NCBI GenBank assembly: GCA_965648915.1
Contig: CBFGIV010000018.1
Span: 1-40,698, forward strand
Length of the DNA stretch: 40,698 nucleotides
Origin: a candidate division WOR-3 bacterium
Lineage (GTDB): Bacteria > Hydrothermota > Tepidihabitantia > SM23-42 > CAYGYG01
Reading direction: 5' to 3'
This document shows positions 36,191-40,698 of the stretch, one piece after another; position 1 is the stretch's first letter; each line of letters opens with the position of its first letter. The notes below the pieces were generated by a model. It saw only the letters and a program-made list of their open reading frames with translations, searched no databases and was not told the origin of the DNA. A program made the translations under genes and the position numbers.

Positions 36191-38674
36191 ATGAAATTAA
36201 AGAGAGCCAGACCTTCAGATAAGTTACTGACCATCGATTTTCGGCAATTGATTGAGAAGGTCAGGCAGTTAATTTTTGTTACCGATGTGAAGGGTAATGT
36301 CGTATATTTGAATCCCTATGGCCGAAAGATTATTACCAGACTGATCGGTGATGTTACGAAGATGAAATTTTCTAATTTCATCGCTGCCGAGAATCTTGCT
36401 CAGGGTAAGGAACTCTTAGGAAAGATCAAAAGAGGAGAGCCGATTAGACCTTATGAGATCGATGTTGTCGATCGCAAAGGGAGACGGATTCCTTTTCTTG
36501 TGACCCAGTCGATTCTTAAGATTGGTAAAAAAGTAGTTGGTTCGGTCGGTTATGCAATAGATATTACCGAGAAGCGGATGCGCGAGCACGAGATGAGTTT
36601 AAGAATGAGAGAACTTTCTGCACTCAATGCCATCGCTCTGGTTCTTAATCAACCATACGATCTTGACCGGTTGCTCAACAATACTCTGGCCAAGATTCTG
36701 GAAGTCACTGAGACCGAGGCAGGGGGGATATGCCTGCTGGACGAGAGGAGGCAGGAACTTAGCCTGCGCGTCCATATCGGACTCGGACCCGAGGTGATTA
36801 AGGCCTCGAGCGCAATGAAGATTGGCGAGGGCATTTCCGGCAAAGTAGCTCAGACCAACCGTCCAATCATAATTGAAGATCTCGGTGCCGAGAAGCGACT
36901 TACCCGACCGATACTCCTTAAAGAAGGATTCAGGTCAGCGGCAGTTGTGCCAATCGCCCTCTGGGGGAAAGTGATTGGTGTCTTTAATATCCTGACGAAG
37001 AATCCGCGTCGATATTCGATCGATGAGGTTAATCTGTTAATAAATATAGGTAATCAGATTGGAATTGCCATTGAAAATGCCCTGCTCATTAAACAGCGCG
37101 ATGAGGAGATTATGCGCCTCAATGCCTTGAACCGTATCAGCCGGTTGATCTCATCCGAGATCACCCTCGATAGCCTCTTGGAGAAGGTTTATGAACAGGT
37201 AAAGACGATTATGCATCCGGCAAATTTCTGTATCACCATTTTTAATGAGCGGGCAAACTGTTTTGATGTCATCTTAAAATATGAAAAAGACGAAAAACGG
37301 CGTAAATATTCTTTTCCGCCTGATCGCGGCTTGAGTTCAGTTGTCTTCTCAAAAAAGCGCCCAATTTTAACTAAAGACTATCTTACGGAATGTAAGAATC
37401 AATGTGTTGAGCCCTATGGTCCGCCGACCAAGGCCTGGCTCGGTGTCCCAATCATTGAGAAGGGTAAGGCAATCGGTTGTATTTATGTCTATGACTTTGA
37501 AAGGAGCGATGTCTTTGATAAGAAAGATCTGGAACTCTTGACAACCATTGCTGGCCAGACCGCAGTGGTAATTGAGAATGTCCGTCAATATAAGATCTTG
37601 CGTCAGCGGGTGGAGGAACTGGAACTCCTCTTTGAGGTCGGGCAGAGCGTTGTTTCGATAACCGATGTCGAGACGGTGCTTGACCGGGTCGTCAAGATGC
37701 TGAAGCGGAAGTTCGGACACGAGAAGGTTGCGATCCTTTTGATCGATGAGAAGAGCAATGAGTTATTTATAAAGAGTGCGGGTGTTCCGTTGAATGAGAG
37801 ATTAAGAAAGATTCGCATTAAGGTTGGTGAGGAGGGGGTCACCGGTCTGGCGGCAAAGACCGGGCAGACGCTTTATATCCGGGATGTAAGGAAGGAAAAG
37901 CGTTATATCGAGTTTTCTCCAACCTGCCGTTCTGAGGTTGCGGTACCCTTAAAGGTTGGGGAAAAGATTATCGGGGTGCTAAATATTGAAGCCGATATGA
38001 TTGACGCCTTTTCTGAAGATGATATAAGCCTGTTAGAGTCGATCAGTAACCAGATTGCCATTGCCATCGATAATGCCCGTCTCTATCAGTCGCTCGAATT
38101 ATCCTATTTCAATACAATTCGCGCCTTGGTCTCGGCGATGGAGGCAAAAGATACCTATACCCGGGGTCATTCTGAGAGGGTGCGGGAGATGGCATTAAAA
38201 ATTGCAGATGAAATGAAACTTTCGGCCGAAGAGATCAGGACGATTAATTATGCAGGTTTTCTCCACGATATCGGCAAGATCGGAATCAGTGATAACTTAC
38301 TGCTGAAGCCGGAACCGCTCACGGATGAAGAGTTTCATCTGATCCGACAGCATCCGGTGATCGGGAACGGGATGATCAAACATCTCGACTTCCTTACCGA
38401 GGCGAGTGCGATCATTCGCCACGAGCACGAAAAGTTTGATGGCACAGGTTATCCCGATGGGCTTAAAGGCGAAGAGATACCACTTGGTGCCCGGATCATT
38501 GCCGTCGCTGATGCCTATGATGCTATGACGACTGATCGACCATATCGTAAAGCGCTATCTAAAGAGGAGGCAATTCGAAGATTGAAGGAGGCATCCGGGA
38601 CACAGTTTGATCCCCGGGTTGTGGGGGTAATTTTAAAAATACTGAGCAAAGACGGTTCGGGTCGGGAGGGATAA
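36191..38674 (+). CDS. PAS + three GAF + HD-GYP cyclic-dinucleotide phosphodiesterase
   Basis: PAS (VTDVKGNVVYLNP); three GAF repeats ending (I/T)(G/A)(I/V)xI(E/D)N; KDTYTRGHSERV, LHDIGK, DGTGYPDGL and ADAYDAMTTDRPYR. Confidence 0.92.
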   Translation: MKLKRARPSDKLLTIDFRQLIEKVRQLIFVTDVKGNVVYLNPYGRKIITRLIGDVTKMKFSNFIAAENLAQGKELLGKIKRGEPIRPYEIDVVDRKGRRIPFLVTQSILKIGKKVVGSVGYAIDITEKRMREHEMSLRMRELSALNAIALVLNQPYDLDRLLNNTLAKILEVTETEAGGICLLDERRQELSLRVHIGLGPEVIKASSAMKIGEGISGKVAQTNRPIIIEDLGAEKRLTRPILLKEGFRSAAVVPIALWGKVIGVFNILTKNPRRYSIDEVNLLINIGNQIGIAIENALLIKQRDEEIMRLNALNRISRLISSEITLDSLLEKVYEQVKTIMHPANFCITIFNERANCFDVILKYEKDEKRRKYSFPPDRGLSSVVFSKKRPILTKDYLTECKNQCVEPYGPPTKAWLGVPIIEKGKAIGCIYVYDFERSDVFDKKDLELLTTIAGQTAVVIENVRQYKILRQRVEELELLFEVGQSVVSITDVETVLDRVVKMLKRKFGHEKVAILLIDEKSNELFIKSAGVPLNERLRKIRIKVGEEGVTGLAAKTGQTLYIRDVRKEKRYIEFSPTCRSEVAVPLKVGEKIIGVLNIEADMIDAFSEDDISLLESISNQIAIAIDNARLYQSLELSYFNTIRALVSAMEAKDTYTRGHSERVREMALKIADEMKLSAEEIRTINYAGFLHDIGKIGISDNLLLKPEPLTDEEFHLIRQHPVIGNGMIKHLDFLTEASAIIRHEHEKFDGTGYPDGLKGEEIPLGARIIAVADAYDAMTTDRPYRKALSKEEAIRRLKEASGTQFDPRVVGVILKILSKDGSGREG

Positions 38675-38677
38675 AGA

Positions 38678-40561
38678 ATGAAGAGGAAAGTTCTGTTATT
38701 TTTCCTGTGTTGTGGTATTATGATCGGGGAGGAGGTTTATTCGAGACTTAGAGTATATCATCGAGGATATTCTGAAATTTTACCAATCCTGCAGATGGAT
38801 GGATGTGAACCGCTTCAGATACGGGATAATTATGTTGATATGCTGGTTAAATCCTCGGCACTGGATAAATTTGACAGATTGGGTTTAAGATATGAGATAA
38901 TCATTAAGGACCTTGCTCAATATTACCTGGAGATGTTAGGAGATGGCAAGGGAGGGGTATTCGGTAACTACTATCTATACCGGGAAGTTTATCAGGAGAT
39001 TCTAAACCTTCAGTCCCGGTTTCCAGGGCTGGTCAAGGTCGATTCTCTGCCCATCAGGTCGATTGAGAACCGGGCATTATATCTGGTTAAAGTTTCTAAC
39101 AGTCCAAATTCCAACAATGGCAAACCCGAGGTCTTAATCTCAGGCGCAATGCATGCCTACGAGCCGATTGGCCCATCGGTCTGTATGAGTGATATGACTT
39201 ATCTCTGCGAACATTATGCCACTGACCCTGAGATTCGCTGGCTGGTCGATAATCGACAGGTCTATTTCATCCCGGTTATGAATCCTGATGGCTATGTCTA
39301 TAATGAAACCTATCCTTCCAGGATGTGGCGGAAAAACCGCCGGCTAAACCAGAATGGCAGTTATGGTGTCGATCTCAACCGGAACTATCCTTATAAATGG
39401 GGTTATGATAATATCGGTTCGAGCCCGAACCCTTCGGCCTGGAATTACCGGGGGACAGCACCCGCTTCTGAACCAGAGACCCAGGCAGTGATCGATTTCG
39501 TCAATCGCCACCGGATTAGAACCTGGCATAATCACCACTCACCCAATGATGTTCTATTGATACCCTTTGGCTATATCGACAGTTATCCCTGGGGTGATAC
39601 ACTGGTCTATAATACGATCTGCCGGGAAGAGAGCCTGCTTTATGGTTTCCAGAAATGGGGAAATTCTTATCGGGCTTATGGTTATCTGGTGAATGGCGGA
39701 ATGGAAGATTGGGCCTGGTCAGATTCAGCGACCTATCGCATCTATGGATTGGTGCCTGAATTGGGTATGGACTACTGGGAGGGGCTGAATGATTCATCGA
39801 AGATTGTCAATGTCTGTATGCGGATGCTCAATGCTGAGTTATATTTGATACAGATTGCCGGGTTCTTTCCGTTGATTTTCAGTATTGCGGTTCATGATTC
39901 GCCGCCCGGTGGCAATAACGACGGTGTGATAAATCCAGGGGAGAGGGCACGATTGAGAATTACCATTAAAAATAAAGCAGTGGTCGATACGGCCCTGGGC
40001 CTGACCGGCTACATCAGCACTTCATATCAACACCTGCGTGTCACTGATTCAACAGGTAGTTATGGCGATGTTTTGCGCCTTTCCCGGGCGGTAAATAGTG
40101 CTGACCCATTTGCTGTCGCCTGCAGTTCTTCAGCCCGGCCCAATGACTGGGTTCATTTTAACCTCCGGCTGGTCTGGAATTCAAATAATTATCAGAAGAT
40201 CCTGCCCTGTTCCCTCAGGATCGGTCCTGTGACCGGAGTGGCAGAAAAGGCCGAGATGATGCTCAATAGTGAAGGTAAAGTTTTGGAGATTTCTCCCAAT
40301 CCATTCCAGAGCAGGGTAGATTTCAGATGGAATATAACCGGTACTCAGTCTTGGAGCCATGATGAGACATTCCATTTGAAAATCTATGATGCGGCCGGAA
40401 GATCGGTCAGAGCTTTCCCGATCTTCTCATCCGGTTCTGCTCCTTCGGGCTGGGATGGGACTGATGACCGGGGGAGAAGACTTCCTGCCGGTGTCTATAT
40501 CTGCCGGATAAAGGGCGATCGATATTTAACTATCGAGAAGATTATTAAACTGGCAAGGTAG
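38678..40561 (+). CDS. Secreted M14 zinc carboxypeptidase (carboxypeptidase T-like) with T9SS-like C-terminal domain
   Basis: Signal peptide and propeptide; HAYE, NPDG, WRKNR, GVDLNRNY, SEPET and HS motifs; ISPNPF...IYDAAGR...WDGTDDRG...GVY. Confidence 0.9.
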   Translation: MKRKVLLFFLCCGIMIGEEVYSRLRVYHRGYSEILPILQMDGCEPLQIRDNYVDMLVKSSALDKFDRLGLRYEIIIKDLAQYYLEMLGDGKGGVFGNYYLYREVYQEILNLQSRFPGLVKVDSLPIRSIENRALYLVKVSNSPNSNNGKPEVLISGAMHAYEPIGPSVCMSDMTYLCEHYATDPEIRWLVDNRQVYFIPVMNPDGYVYNETYPSRMWRKNRRLNQNGSYGVDLNRNYPYKWGYDNIGSSPNPSAWNYRGTAPASEPETQAVIDFVNRHRIRTWHNHHSPNDVLLIPFGYIDSYPWGDTLVYNTICREESLLYGFQKWGNSYRAYGYLVNGGMEDWAWSDSATYRIYGLVPELGMDYWEGLNDSSKIVNVCMRMLNAELYLIQIAGFFPLIFSIAVHDSPPGGNNDGVINPGERARLRITIKNKAVVDTALGLTGYISTSYQHLRVTDSTGSYGDVLRLSRAVNSADPFAVACSSSARPNDWVHFNLRLVWNSNNYQKILPCSLRIGPVTGVAEKAEMMLNSEGKVLEISPNPFQSRVDFRWNITGTQSWSHDETFHLKIYDAAGRSVRAFPIFSSGSAPSGWDGTDDRGRRLPAGVYICRIKGDRYLTIEKIIKLAR

Positions 40562-40698
40562 TGCTTTAATCCGTATAAATTGTTGTATGGGGCCAACACA
40601 TATTGACCACCCTTCCAGTATGAGCTGGAAGAAATCGAGTCTAAATCTACCGGCGGAAAGAGAGCAAAAGATTTATGCAACTGAGGATAATCTAATTT

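Noticed and set aside
40495..40698. Minus-strand frame open to the window edge and a CTTCCAG/CTGGAAG hairpin near 40611-40630
   Set aside because: The frame overlaps the peptidase 3' end by 67 nt and has no motif; the hairpin lacks a clear U-tract. Not resolvable without downstream sequence.

Overview
This is a bacterial chromosomal window. Its EF-Tu variant, T9SS-like cargo proteins and PorV-like barrels suggest a diderm FCB-related candidate lineage such as WOR-3 (inference). The core is a very compact tuf-rpmG-tRNA-Trp-secE-nusG-rplK-rplA-rplJ-rplL-rpoB-rpoC cluster. An IS1202-like element (TGT...ACA ends, about 16-17 bp target duplication) sits directly upstream of the tuf promoter. The left flank holds a truncated minus-strand ORF, a nitroreductase and a secreted beta-helix protein. 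To the right are: a minus-strand operon (FAD oxidoreductase, 1270-aa secreted beta-propeller protein, PorV-like barrel fused to TPRs, membrane adenylate cyclase); a peptidoglycan-salvage set (NamZ-, MurU- and AmgK-like) followed by an uncharacterised four-gene membrane module (DUF6754-like) that looks like a pseudo-symmetric transporter; a stand-alone ACT protein; an OB-fold cargo plus barrel pair; a PAS-GAF3-HD-GYP protein; and a secreted M14 carboxypeptidase. Best leads: the four-gene membrane module, the cargo/barrel-TPR/cyclase operon, a 16-bp spacer in all seven clear host sigma70-type promoters, and unusual RNA polymerase active-centre substitutions. All family calls come from reading motifs by eye; no database search was run.
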